64,000 bases of DNA from an uncultured Candidatus Babeliaceae bacterium (GCA_963704655.1 OY969927.1:1184001-1248000); one strand, 5' to 3'. Positions 18,947 to 28,822 are shown, counted from the first letter of the stretch. The notes: generated by a model from the letters alone, not told the origin. Program-made: numbers and translations.

Positions 18947-19075
18947 AAAAAAAGCCCTTCAACTCGATTAAAAGCTGAAGGGTTAGGGGGGAGAACAATT
19001 CTAGAATGAATTGTTCATTTAGGGACGTTTTTTAATAGCAAATTTATTTGTAGGAAAAATTCTCTACTTAACTTT
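18947..19075 (-). ncRNA. Candidate small RNA of about 130 nt
   Basis: Minus-strand TTGACT-N17-TAGTCT promoter (19109-19081), internal hairpin, ctcccccc tract and terminator with T-run; only a 5-codon ATG ORF. Confidence 0.4.
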
Positions 19076-19198
19076 GGTTGAGACTAACAATCTGTTTTAG
19101 TAAAGTCAAGCGAGTTAATACTTTTAATTTTCTTATATTTTTCTGAATCAAAAAAAATGCTGTAATCTTGCACTAATTCGATATATTAAAAAAATAAA

Positions 19199-19636
19199 TT
19201 ATTTTAATTTTTCTTCCAGGTTCCATTTTTTAATAATAAGATCATGCAATTCAAGATCATTGTCTTTAATAAGTTCAACAAAACGAGTTTCATCGAATCT
19301 GAAATTTCCCGGCATACCTTTTGCTGGTTCTTTTATCCTTGTCTCCATGTAAGCACCGCGTTGCACTGATGCTGCAATAAATGGCTTTATTAAATGAAAT
19401 TGGTTTTTATTGCTTAATGCGAATCTACATAAATCTTGAAGATAATTATCTTTTGCAGGCTGTTGAAAATCCACAAATGCGGCCCAGTATTCTTCTGTTG
19501 CTGAAGTTTTTGATTCTGTTAAAGCGGCAAGTGCGATTTGGTCTTTTGTGATTTTTAACAGAAGCTCAGCTTTATTTGTATCATCAAATGCGTATAAGCT
19601 TGTAGCGAAAAATAGGCAAAGTGAAATAAGTATCAT
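19199..19636 (-). CDS. Hypothetical exported helical protein
   Basis: SD aagga then MILISLCLFFATSLYA; weak similarity to the N-terminal half of 19647-20666. Confidence 0.75.
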   Translation of the reverse strand: MILISLCLFFATSLYAFDDTNKAELLLKITKDQIALAALTESKTSATEEYWAAFVDFQQPAKDNYLQDLCRFALSNKNQFHLIKPFIAASVQRGAYMETRIKEPAKGMPGNFRFDETRFVELIKDNDLELHDLIIKKWNLEEKLK

Positions 19637-19646
19637 GGGGGTATCC

Positions 19647-20666
19647 TTATGTATTTGAATTGTTGCTTGTGATAAGTTCGTTGCTATGTTTAATGAGTGC
19701 TTGTTGTATATAGCGCAATTGCTGAGATTCAGGATCTTTTTCTGCCAGCAAGGTTGCCAGTTCAATCGCTGTTTTGTTAAGTATCTTTAAAGCAAATTCA
19801 CTTTTTTCTTTGCCGTCCCATGCTTTCATTTTTTCATTAAAAAGTTCATGATTGCAATTTCTGGTTATCCATTCAAATTTTCTTTGTAGTTCATGTAATG
19901 AATGCTCTTTAGCATTGAGGATTAGTTTATGTAAGATAGAGCCTCTAAAATTATCATCAAAATTATCAGGGCGATAAACTAAAGATAATAGATTTGGATC
20001 GAGTCGTACCTTTGCCTGGGAATAATTTAAAAGATCTGATTCATAATCGGGGCCCATTATGTCAAATAGGTGTGCATTATCGGGAGTAGGCCGTATTTCA
20101 GAAGGTTCTAGCAATCTAGCAATATCGACGGTGCGTGCGTTTTCCCAGATGTCTGAAAAAATATTATCAAAGAGCCAAGAATATAGTCGTGCGTCATGCT
20201 GCACTAAAGAAAGTATTTTTTTATCATTAAAATCACAAGCAGTTGATATAAGATCACGGATATCCGTTCTCATTTGAGAATCATTCAAAGAAACATTCTT
20301 AATGCACATAGCTACTAAACAACGCGTATATTTATACTTATTTTTTTCCCTATCTAACCAAAATAAAAAAGAATTAAAGCAGAAGGTCTGGGCCCCTCCT
20401 TCTAATTTATCAAATGCTAACCAATGCTCTTTTTTTTTCTGCTTTTTGCAATAGGTTGTAATTGCCCAGGGATTATCAGGATTTTCATCATCAAAATCAA
20501 AACTTTTTTTACGAAGTTCGCTTTGATTTATAGGAGGCTGTTTCTCTATTTCTTGCCAAAGTTTTAATTGAACCTCAAGTATTTTTGAAACAGACTGATT
20601 TTCTGCAGCGTATAAAAAACTGCCCATGCAAAGCAGTAATAGAAAAATCATCATATGCTCTCCCAA
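19647..20666 (-). CDS. Hypothetical exported protein, possibly degenerate ankyrin-like
   Basis: Leader ending LYA|AEN; GSILHKLI motif. Confidence 0.75.
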   Translation of the reverse strand: MGEHMMIFLLLLCMGSFLYAAENQSVSKILEVQLKLWQEIEKQPPINQSELRKKSFDFDDENPDNPWAITTYCKKQKKKEHWLAFDKLEGGAQTFCFNSFLFWLDREKNKYKYTRCLVAMCIKNVSLNDSQMRTDIRDLISTACDFNDKKILSLVQHDARLYSWLFDNIFSDIWENARTVDIARLLEPSEIRPTPDNAHLFDIMGPDYESDLLNYSQAKVRLDPNLLSLVYRPDNFDDNFRGSILHKLILNAKEHSLHELQRKFEWITRNCNHELFNEKMKAWDGKEKSEFALKILNKTAIELATLLAEKDPESQQLRYIQQALIKHSNELITSNNSNT

Positions 20667-20685
20667 GAGAATAATAATAAATTAA

Positions 20686-21399
20686 CTATGAATTATAGAT
20701 GAATTTTTTAATTTCGGGAAAGTTATTTGGTTGAGACATAAATTCTTGCGAGTTGGCAGTTTGCACAATCGCGCCTGCGTGCATTAAAAATATTGTGCAG
20801 GGTAATTGCTCAACCAATTGAACATCGTGCGTTGCAACCAAAATTGTGTAGCCTGCTTGCGATAATTCGGTAATGGTTCGGGCGATATGAGTTTTTAAAA
20901 GTGGGTCAAGCGCAGAGGTTGGTTCATCAAAGCAGATAACTGCCGGTTTTTGCGCAATGGTGCGTAAGATAGCAAGACGTTGTTGTTGACCACCAGAAAG
21001 TTCGTCAGGGAACCTGTTTGCAAGTTCAAGCATGCCGTACTGTTTTAAAAGCGTTAATGCAATTTCGTGAGCTTGCGCTAATGACATCTTTGTGCGCCCC
21101 TTACAGAGTGGAAAGATGATATTGTCTTTCACCGATAAATTTTCAAAAAGATTAAATTGCTGAAAGACCATGCCAACTTTTTCAGGAGTAAGATATTCTG
21201 CATCAAGAAAGATGGTTCCCGTATCCTGCGTTTCAAGGCCAGCAATAATACGTAATAGGGTTGATTTACCGGTTCCAGAAGAACCAAGTAATACACCAAT
21301 ACTGCCAGTTTGAAGCTGTAAAGAAATATCGTGTAAGACTATTTTTGAGGAAACACCGGAGGTGCCGAATTTTTTAGAAAGATTTTTTATCTGTAGCAT
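20686..21399 (-). CDS. Polar amino-acid ABC transporter ATP-binding subunit (GlnQ-like)
   Basis: GSSGTGKST, MVFQQFNLF, LSGGQQQR, FDEPTSALDP. Confidence 0.95.
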   Translation of the reverse strand: MLQIKNLSKKFGTSGVSSKIVLHDISLQLQTGSIGVLLGSSGTGKSTLLRIIAGLETQDTGTIFLDAEYLTPEKVGMVFQQFNLFENLSVKDNIIFPLCKGRTKMSLAQAHEIALTLLKQYGMLELANRFPDELSGGQQQRLAILRTIAQKPAVICFDEPTSALDPLLKTHIARTITELSQAGYTILVATHDVQLVEQLPCTIFLMHAGAIVQTANSQEFMSQPNNFPEIKKFIYNS

Positions 21400-22042
21400 G
21401 GTAAGAAAGCTTTGATTCTAAAAGGGTGATAGCATACGATAAGCTCATGGTTATAATCAGATAAATAACTGCAAGAGCAATATATATAGATAGTGCGTCA
21501 TACGTTTGTGAAATAATGGTTTTGCCCACAAAAAAGAGTTCGGTAACACCAATCATCGATGCCAAAGAGGTGTCTTTTACCAGTGTTATTGCTTCGTTTC
21601 CCAGTGCTGGCAGCACTGTTCTAATTGCCTGTGGTAAAATAACCGTTTTTAATAATTCTTTACGTGGAATGCCTAACGTTTGTGCCGCTTCAAGTTGGCC
21701 CGTTGATATACTGCGAATCCCCGCTTTAATTATTTGGCTGATATAGGCACTACTATTCATGCCGATAGCAATTAACGCGCACCAGAATGCACTCAAATGT
21801 AGATGGTTACTGACAAGGTAATAGATAAAAACGATTTGAATAAGCATGGGCGTGCCACGCAGAATTGTCGTATAAACTTTAATAAGTATGCGCGCTACGC
21901 GAGACCCTGACGTTTCAAGAATAGCTAGTAATGTGCCCAATAATGCACCAATAAGCAGTGCACCAACTGCAAGCGCAAGTGATATGCCTGTTGCTTTTAA
22001 AAGCTCAGGCGCTCTTTGAAGTATCAGTGTAAAATTTATCAT
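21374..22042 (-). CDS. Polar amino-acid ABC transporter permease
   Basis: RGTPMLIQ, GQLEAAQTLG, ILPQA, LVKDTSL. Confidence 0.95.
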   Translation of the reverse strand: MINFTLILQRAPELLKATGISLALAVGALLIGALLGTLLAILETSGSRVARILIKVYTTILRGTPMLIQIVFIYYLVSNHLHLSAFWCALIAIGMNSSAYISQIIKAGIRSISTGQLEAAQTLGIPRKELLKTVILPQAIRTVLPALGNEAITLVKDTSLASMIGVTELFFVGKTIISQTYDALSIYIALAVIYLIITMSLSYAITLLESKLSYHATDKKSF

Positions 22043-22058
22043 ACTCTATTTCCAATGT

Positions 22059-22166
22059 CCGCATGGTTCGACTCCGCTCACCACGAGCGGCCAGTCCCGC
22101 TTACAAATTTCTTGTTCTCTCCCTTCCGCTCACACTGAGCGGAGGCTGAAAGCCGAAGTCGAAGTG
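22059..22166. repeat. Inverted doublet of palindromic repeat units between ABC genes
   Basis: ccgcatggttcgactccgctcaccacgagcgg (22059-22090) and ccgctcacactgagcggaggctgaaagccgaagtcgaagtg (22126-22166). Confidence 0.9.
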
Positions 22167-22928
22167 TCATGCTAAATACCATTTCTCTTTTAACTGAGCA
22201 AGTGTACCGTCTTCACGTAATTCCTGCAACGTAACATCTATTTTTTCTTTTAATTCAGGGGAGTTTTTTGAAATTCCCAATGCAGTAAATTCTTGTAATT
22301 CTTCTATAGGTACAATGCGGACAGTGTCTGCGCCAATAGCATCTTGTAATGGTTTAATTGTGCCGCCACCTGTTACAAACGCATCTACTTTGCCATGTTT
22401 AAGTGCAAGCAGTGCATCACTGGTGCTTGGGAGTCTGAGTAGATTAATTTCAGCTTTTTGTGAAAGCTGTAAATCAGCAACATACCCTTGGTTAACCGCA
22501 ACAGTTTTTCCATACAAATCACTGAGCGAGTTGATCGAATTGTTATTGCTTAATAACACTATTGCAAGCGGGTCCGCCTCTATATACGGTGTACTAAAAA
22601 GCACACGTTCTGCACGTTCTGGTGTGTGTGACATGCCTGCTGCAATAACGTCAATTGAGCCAAATTGCATTTGCGTTAAAAGTGTCTCAAAGGGCATATT
22701 TTCTAAGCGATAGGGCATGTTTAAGCGACTAAATATCTCACGAATAAGGTCGATATCAAAGCCAACAATGGCACCCGTATCATCGATAAAACTAAAGGGT
22801 GCAAAATCGGCGCTGGTGCCAACAACTATCTCTTGTGTATTGCGGCCCTTAGGCTTTGAACAGTAACGAATAGTTGCCACGGTAGTAGCAACCATGAGTA
22901 TCATGATAATTTTTTGTAAACTTTTCAT
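22167..22928 (-). CDS. Polar amino-acid ABC transporter substrate-binding protein (SBP family 3)
   Basis: VGTSADFAPF, GFDIDL, TPERAERVLFSTPY, DGTLAQLKEKW. Confidence 0.95.
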   Translation of the reverse strand: MKSLQKIIMILMVATTVATIRYCSKPKGRNTQEIVVGTSADFAPFSFIDDTGAIVGFDIDLIREIFSRLNMPYRLENMPFETLLTQMQFGSIDVIAAGMSHTPERAERVLFSTPYIEADPLAIVLLSNNNSINSLSDLYGKTVAVNQGYVADLQLSQKAEINLLRLPSTSDALLALKHGKVDAFVTGGGTIKPLQDAIGADTVRIVPIEELQEFTALGISKNSPELKEKIDVTLQELREDGTLAQLKEKWYLA

Positions 22929-22943
22929 AATTTATTTCCGTAC

Positions 22944-22985
22944 CCGCTCACACTGAGCGAAGGCTGAAAGCCGAAGTCGAATGTG
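22944..22985 (+). repeat. Palindromic repeat unit, near-identical to 22126-22166
   Basis: ccgctcacactgagcgaaggctgaaagccgaagtcgaatgtg. Confidence 0.9.
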
Positions 22986-23017
22986 TTGGGGATTGAAAGT
23001 GACATTCTTGAATTACT

Positions 23018-23788
23018 TTAAACTTTGTGGGTGAAAACTGCAATAAAACCAAGGTTATAGAATGCCATTCTGAAATTGGGGTTAAGTTCAGAAGCTTTTT
23101 TGAGTAATTCAAATGCGCGTGCCGGGTTTTCAGGCTGTTCCATAAAATGCACAACTGCCAAATTATTAATGGTAGTAAAGTTATTTGGATTTAATGCAAA
23201 TGCTTTTTCAAGCCATGAATGTGCGGTTGCGTAATCATTTTTTTCATAATCAAGCATACCTAAATTATTATATGCGTAATCAAAGTTTGCATCATTTTCG
23301 ATAGCCTTTTCAAACATTTCATGTGCGCGATCAAATTTTTGCAAATACATGTAAACAATGCCTAAATTATTATAAAAGGCTGATGCATGCGGCTCTTGTT
23401 CAATTGCTTTTTTAAGATATTTTTCTGCTTCGCTATGCACATTATTGCTTGAAAGGAATGTCCCTAAGTTATACAGTGCAGCAGAAGCAGATTTTTCACC
23501 AGCAACGGCCTTTTTGAGATTTGCAAGACCTTCTTGGACATAGCCAAGGGCGCATTGCATTGAGCCTAAATTGCTCAAAAGATGCGAAGATTGTGACTGC
23601 GCATTTACTGCTTTTTGGTAATATTCAAGCGTTTTTTGCGGATTATTGTCTTGGAAATAACCATTTGCGGCTGTTAATGCATGCTGCGCTTGGTCATTAA
23701 TGCCTTCAACAGAGGTGTAATAGATATAAGGGGTTTGTAAGGTGCTCGTCATAAGACGTGCTTTAACATCGACGGTTGTTTGTGTCAT
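23018..23788 (-). CDS. TPR-repeat protein
   Basis: Repeated (Y)NNLG...A...(F/L)(E/K)KA units at about 34-aa spacing. Confidence 0.92.
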   Translation of the reverse strand: MTQTTVDVKARLMTSTLQTPYIYYTSVEGINDQAQHALTAANGYFQDNNPQKTLEYYQKAVNAQSQSSHLLSNLGSMQCALGYVQEGLANLKKAVAGEKSASAALYNLGTFLSSNNVHSEAEKYLKKAIEQEPHASAFYNNLGIVYMYLQKFDRAHEMFEKAIENDANFDYAYNNLGMLDYEKNDYATAHSWLEKAFALNPNNFTTINNLAVVHFMEQPENPARAFELLKKASELNPNFRMAFYNLGFIAVFTHKV

Positions 23789-23880
23789 AGTTTTTGCAGG
23801 GCTAAAGTGTTACTTTTTATTTTATTTTAATCTATTTTGCAAAAAAGTAATAGGCGGGATCACGTATATGTTATGCATAT

Positions 23881-23911
23881 AAAAAAAGCCACGGCATGAT
23901 ACCGTGGCTTT
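23881..23911 (-). terminator. Intrinsic terminator
   Basis: A7-gccacgg-catgata-ccgtggc-ttt. Confidence 0.8.
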
Positions 23912-23938
23912 AATATCTTGATTATGACAGTACTTTTT

Positions 23939-24466
23939 CTAGCGACCAAGCACTATGCTTGGCTTACTTAGTATTAAAAGCCCTATAATGGCTGCTGGTA
24001 TAGCAGGACGTGCAGCCATAAAAGCGCCTGTTACTGCTGTGCCAATCGACAATGTTGAATATAAAGCGTTTGATTTATAGTTTCGTTCCATATGTTGTAA
24101 TGCTTGCGTCAAAGATAAATGAGTACCATCAGCAGTTACAACAGATTGCGTACCAAGGGGTCCCTTGTATATTCTATAATTGCCAACTGTTTTATAATCG
24201 CCAACTTCTATTCCTGGTTTTAAGGTTCCATTAGCGACACCTTCCCATGCTAAGCGTAGCTCATCTTTTTGTCTTTTAAGGGTGTTAGCATTGTAATAAT
24301 AAGCGCTCATGCCGCCAGTTAAAAGCCCGGCCCCTGCTAAGAAATCGCCTGCCCAGCTGCCCGTTACAGGTTGGAAAATATTATTAATATCAATCATTGT
24401 TTGGGTTTTTTGTGAACTCAAGCCCAAACCAAGGGCAAAGAGTAATAAAAGCTGTTTTTTCATCAT
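23939..24466 (-). CDS. Hypothetical exported membrane-associated protein
   Basis: Leader ending TQT|MID; Gly/Ala-rich hydrophobic segments. Confidence 0.75.
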   Translation of the reverse strand: MMKKQLLLLFALGLGLSSQKTQTMIDINNIFQPVTGSWAGDFLAGAGLLTGGMSAYYYNANTLKRQKDELRLAWEGVANGTLKPGIEVGDYKTVGNYRIYKGPLGTQSVVTADGTHLSLTQALQHMERNYKSNALYSTLSIGTAVTGAFMAARPAIPAAIIGLLILSKPSIVLGR

Positions 24467-24601
24467 TTTTCCTTTAAATTGTGATTGCAATATCTCTAAT
24501 AGTAATTATTGCAGATTTTTTGGTTAAAAGGCAAGATATTGGCTTATGTAAGCCCTATTTTCAGGTTAAAAACAGGGGTGTTTTTGGGTAAAAAAGCAGG
24601 T

Positions 24602-25108
24602 TTAGGCTTTTTTTAATATAAAACTTACGTGTCCAGAGCTTTCAAGGTATGCTTTTTCGATCTTGGAGACATCGCTGGTGCCTGTTTGTGTGCGTAATAG
24701 GGTATGAAGGTCATGTTCGGTAATGAAGCATTTTCTCATGGCCTTCCATTGAATTTTGCCGTCTTCAACCAATACTATCGGTTTCCCTTCGACAATAATT
24801 TTGAATGCGATTATGTAATAATCTATTACGACAACGAGCCAATTAAGAACCAGAAGAAAAATGGCCATACCGAGTGTTTCATAAAATAATGGTCCAGTAA
24901 TTGCGGCTGCTAAAATTGAACCGATAATGATATACAAGAAAAAATCTGAAACGGTTGTATATCCCATAAAACGTTTATTTAAGCGTGTTAAAAAAATGCC
25001 CAAAATATATACACATAATGCACGTGCTATCATGTGCCAAACGGTTAAATGTACCGCATCGACTCCAAAAAAATTATTTATAACACTGAGTATACTCATG
25101 ATAATCAC
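24602..25108 (-). CDS. DUF421/YetF family membrane protein
   Basis: Three TMs then EGKPIVLVEDGKI...ITEHDL...AYLESSGHVS. Confidence 0.88.
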   Translation of the reverse strand: MIIMSILSVINNFFGVDAVHLTVWHMIARALCVYILGIFLTRLNKRFMGYTTVSDFFLYIIIGSILAAAITGPLFYETLGMAIFLLVLNWLVVVIDYYIIAFKIIVEGKPIVLVEDGKIQWKAMRKCFITEHDLHTLLRTQTGTSDVSKIEKAYLESSGHVSFILKKA

Positions 25109-25173
25109 CTTAAAATTAATCGACTTACGTAACCGTTTAATTATGATAAATATGCATGTTTAAATTCAAGCGA

Positions 25174-26793
25174 TTAATAAAGTTGGTCAAGTGTGGCCTT
25201 GGGTGTAGTTTCTGCAAGTGCAGCGTAAAATGTTTCGTCATATGAGCGTGTTTGGATAACAATGGGCATAGGGATAGCATGTCCAAGCAATAAGACTTGT
25301 TTTTTGCTATCAAGTGTAGCTAAGACCGTTTTTAGTTCTTGGCTGCCATGTGTGCCGGTAAGCACTGCCTGAATATCTTTTTCATCACTTAATTGTGCAA
25401 CAATTTTGGTGCCAAGTTGTGAAATTATTTCTGGGTCGATTCCAGAAGGACGTTGATCGATCACCAATAACGAAACATAATATTTACGCATTTCACGCGC
25501 AATGGTACCAAAGATTGTTTGGCGCGCAGTTTGTGGGTTTAAAAATTTGTGCGCCTCTTCAATGGTGATCAGCAACTTGCGTGGTTCGTCTTCTTTTCTA
25601 TGAGAGCCAAGAAATTTTTCTGTTTTTTCTATATACAGTGCGTGGATTCTGCGCGTAATAATATTTGCCAATAATAAATAACAAAATGTAGAAGTGAAAT
25701 TTCCAAACTCTATAATTACTGAAACGCCGCGTTGGAGATATTCAAGCAGCTGATCAATAACGGTATCATGCGTTAGATTTGGGTCAAAAAATGGCAAGCG
25801 TTGAATTTGTTTCAGTTTTCTGTGAAGTGCGGTGAGTGATTCCGGGTTACATCCAGTTTCTTGAGCAAGCTCTTTTAGGCGATCCCCAGAAGTGAGTAAA
25901 ACAGAGAGCCAATTATTTCTATATTTAGATTCAAGCAAATACGCAGATTCACATGCTGTTGGGTGCAAATTAAGCTCTTGCTGTAATGACAAAATATCTT
26001 CAACTTGCAGCGCTTGGTAACTTAATTTTATGGCAACATCGGGTGTTGCCCCGCGTCGTTTTGTTGATGCAGGGTCAAGTGAAAATATTGCTATTTTGCT
26101 GGGGAACAGTGTCTTGAGCCCTTTGACAAATGATTCATGGGAACCTTCTTTGCGTGCTTGCAGGCCGTATTCGCTGTGCATATCAAAAATAAGCGTTACT
26201 GCGTTAGTATTTTTAATAACACCCGCTAAAACTAAACGTGTTAAAAAAGTTTTTCCGGTTCCTGTTTTACCAAATATGCCATTACTTCGTTCAAGTAATT
26301 TTGGGATATTAAGACACACAGAAACATCCATTTCTAATGGCGTGCCGATAGAAAAATAGGTTTCATGGTCCTCTTTTTCACTGCCAAATATCGCCGTAAT
26401 TTCATGGGGCGCAACAGAAGTTACCGGGCAAAAATGTGCCGGAATGCTGGTAACCGGTGACCGTTCCAGGCGATTATTTAAAACAACCATGGGGCGCAAG
26501 ATTGCCGTTGCGTGCAGATAGCGCTGTTTAACGCGTTGCCACAGTAAATTGTGTTTGTTTATCGGTGGATATTGCACCAATTCTGTTGGTAGTGGTTCTA
26601 GAAAAATATTGGTGATCATTGAAAAGTATCGATACTCTGCACCGGTGATACTTACAAATGTTCCAGCTTTCAGGCTATCAAGATCGACATGCGAACTTAT
26701 GCGCATGACAAAACCATCTGAAAGTGACCCGGCTATAATGGTGCCGATTGGCGCGCAATCGCGCACTATTTTTTTTTCTAAACTAAGCTGCAT
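25174..26793 (-). CDS. HerA/DUF87 family ATPase
   Basis: N-terminal HAS-barrel-like region, GKTGTGKT, FDMHSEY, IEEAHKFL, IAREMRKY, DQRPS. Confidence 0.92.
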   Translation of the reverse strand: MQLSLEKKIVRDCAPIGTIIAGSLSDGFVMRISSHVDLDSLKAGTFVSITGAEYRYFSMITNIFLEPLPTELVQYPPINKHNLLWQRVKQRYLHATAILRPMVVLNNRLERSPVTSIPAHFCPVTSVAPHEITAIFGSEKEDHETYFSIGTPLEMDVSVCLNIPKLLERSNGIFGKTGTGKTFLTRLVLAGVIKNTNAVTLIFDMHSEYGLQARKEGSHESFVKGLKTLFPSKIAIFSLDPASTKRRGATPDVAIKLSYQALQVEDILSLQQELNLHPTACESAYLLESKYRNNWLSVLLTSGDRLKELAQETGCNPESLTALHRKLKQIQRLPFFDPNLTHDTVIDQLLEYLQRGVSVIIEFGNFTSTFCYLLLANIITRRIHALYIEKTEKFLGSHRKEDEPRKLLITIEEAHKFLNPQTARQTIFGTIAREMRKYYVSLLVIDQRPSGIDPEIISQLGTKIVAQLSDEKDIQAVLTGTHGSQELKTVLATLDSKKQVLLLGHAIPMPIVIQTRSYDETFYAALAETTPKATLDQLY

Positions 26794-26900
26794 AAAAATT
26801 CCCCCATGTTAATATCTATTATTACTGTAAGTTTTTTTATGTCATAATTCAACAGAGTGCTTATTTATTGTAAGCTTAATTTAATTTTTTAAAGGAATAA

Positions 26901-28280
26901 ATGAAACGTTTTTTTTATGCACCTATTTTTTTTCTTCTTTTACATAATCAGCTCGTGGCTCTTGAAGCTGCCCAAAAATGTAAAGTGCGATTTAGAACTT
27001 TACCAAAAGAAATAACAGAAATGGTTCAATTATACGCTATTCATAATGAATTATTTCCGGAAAAAAAGTATGTTGAAGCGCAGCGATTTGAAGAGAGCTT
27101 GTTAAGGAATTTTGCGCTATTTCCAGATGGCAAAAGGATAGCGTTGCAGCTCTGGAATGACGTGACTGTCTATGATCTTGAAAAGGGTACATTATTACAA
27201 AAAATTGGATATCGAGATATTAAAGGGATTGATGTTTTTCCCTGTAATAAAAAAGTCGCTATCCTTGCTGGGGAAAAAGTTCGTGTTTGGGACTTGGAAA
27301 AGAATGTTTCTTCTGTACATGGTGGATATTATGACGATGCTAGAATAGCTGTTTTTAACGATGGCAAAAGAATAGTTTTTGGTAAAAGTTTTCCTAAATT
27401 AGTAAATCTTGAATCTAATGGCGCAGAACCAAATCATCAATTTTATAGCAATATGTATGATGCAGCGACAAAAGATTTAAAAGTTTTCCCTTCTGGTGAT
27501 AAGCTTGCAACCACAGATGAGCGTTGTGTTATTATCTGGGATGTTGCTACAGGCAAAAAACAACACTTTTTACATCATGCAAGCAGAGTATCTTCAATTG
27601 CGATATTTCCCGATGAGCAAAAAATAGCCACTGCTTCAGGTAGAGAAATAACTATCTGGGATGCTATAAAAGCAACTAAATTAAAAGAGCATCGTTCTTC
27701 AGCGAGCATTTACACATTAGATATATCTTCAGATGGTAGCAAGATAGCTTATGGTGGCAATAATAGTGAGGTTGAAATACGGGACACACAAAATTGGCAC
27801 TTGTTACATTCTATTGGTGTAGGTGACCATGTAAATGGTGTTAGATTTCTTCCCAATTCGTCTGACTTTATATCGCGAACAATGGGTAGTGTAAAACTTT
27901 GGGTTGAAGCTAAACCATACATGATGAAATATTTAGAGAAAAATACCGATCGTGATATAAAGTTCTTGTTATGGCTTTTTTTAAAGTATAAAAATTTTTT
28001 ACATGAAGAATATCCTGCAAGAAGCTGTATGCGTATACAAGATGTTGTTTCCTTTGCAAAAAAATTAAACCCCAAAAAAGATATTTCTGTTGATAGTTTA
28101 ACAGCTATAAGAAATAGAATGCCTAAAGATATTCAGCGCGTTTTAGCAAGATCCTTAGGTATTTACTCGTGCTCAGATGAAAAAATTGATCAGAAAGTAC
28201 AAAGTATTCGCCTGTTTGAACTTCAAGATAGACCGAGAAAAGAGGCCCTTGCGCGGGCTTATGCTGCTTTGAGAGGCTAA
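26901..28280 (+). CDS. Exported WD40-repeat protein with F-box-like motif
   Basis: Leader; FRTLPKEITEMVQLY; repeated FPDG...VRVWD / IIWD / ITIWD. Confidence 0.9.
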   Translation: MKRFFYAPIFFLLLHNQLVALEAAQKCKVRFRTLPKEITEMVQLYAIHNELFPEKKYVEAQRFEESLLRNFALFPDGKRIALQLWNDVTVYDLEKGTLLQKIGYRDIKGIDVFPCNKKVAILAGEKVRVWDLEKNVSSVHGGYYDDARIAVFNDGKRIVFGKSFPKLVNLESNGAEPNHQFYSNMYDAATKDLKVFPSGDKLATTDERCVIIWDVATGKKQHFLHHASRVSSIAIFPDEQKIATASGREITIWDAIKATKLKEHRSSASIYTLDISSDGSKIAYGGNNSEVEIRDTQNWHLLHSIGVGDHVNGVRFLPNSSDFISRTMGSVKLWVEAKPYMMKYLEKNTDRDIKFLLWLFLKYKNFLHEEYPARSCMRIQDVVSFAKKLNPKKDISVDSLTAIRNRMPKDIQRVLARSLGIYSCSDEKIDQKVQSIRLFELQDRPRKEALARAYAALRG

Positions 28281-28367
28281 CTTACTTAAAAAATTGTTTC
28301 TTGATCACAACTTCTTTTATACTTAAATGGTTTGTGCGTTTTTGGGAAACACTTTTTAGGGGATCAT

Positions 28368-28820
28368 ATGAAGAAAGTAATAACGCTACTATTTTTTTGT
28401 ATACCTATGCACGCAGTTGGGGATAGGCTCATACAATCTTATTTTGGTAATCGGCTTGCAGAAAGTTCTAGCAAGGACCGTGTCGAAATTTTTTGGGTTG
28501 GGGAAGAAAGTAAATTTAAAGTCAGAACTATCGGAATTTCGCCCAGAGAATTTAATACCAAAGATGAACTCTCTGTTAATGCTTTGGTTTGGAGTGACGA
28601 TGGTCGGTATCTTGCTATCGGTTCAAAAGATTGGGTAGAGGTGTGGGACACAGCTTACCAATGTTTTGCAGAAATATCCCCAGATGACACTTTAGTTGCT
28701 CTATGTGCAGAATGCAAAAAGAGGCAAGCTTGTGTAATTGGCCGTGTTACTCAGATTGCCCCAAAAATAAAGGCTTTGAAGGACCGTTTTGAAGAGTTAA
28801 GCAAAAATACAAACCGTTAG
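28368..28820 (+). CDS. Short exported protein with 1-2 WD40 repeats, possibly an internally deleted paralog
   Basis: SD ggggat; VNALVWSDDGRYLAIGSKDWVEVWD. Confidence 0.7.
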   Translation: MKKVITLLFFCIPMHAVGDRLIQSYFGNRLAESSSKDRVEIFWVGEESKFKVRTIGISPREFNTKDELSVNALVWSDDGRYLAIGSKDWVEVWDTAYQCFAEISPDDTLVALCAECKKRQACVIGRVTQIAPKIKALKDRFEELSKNTNR

Positions 28821-28822
28821 TT

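Noticed and set aside
22059-22090. ggttcgactcc...cacca resembling a tRNA T-arm and 3' end
   Set aside because: No cloverleaf; it is a copy of the palindromic repeat, and sister copies do not keep the T-arm
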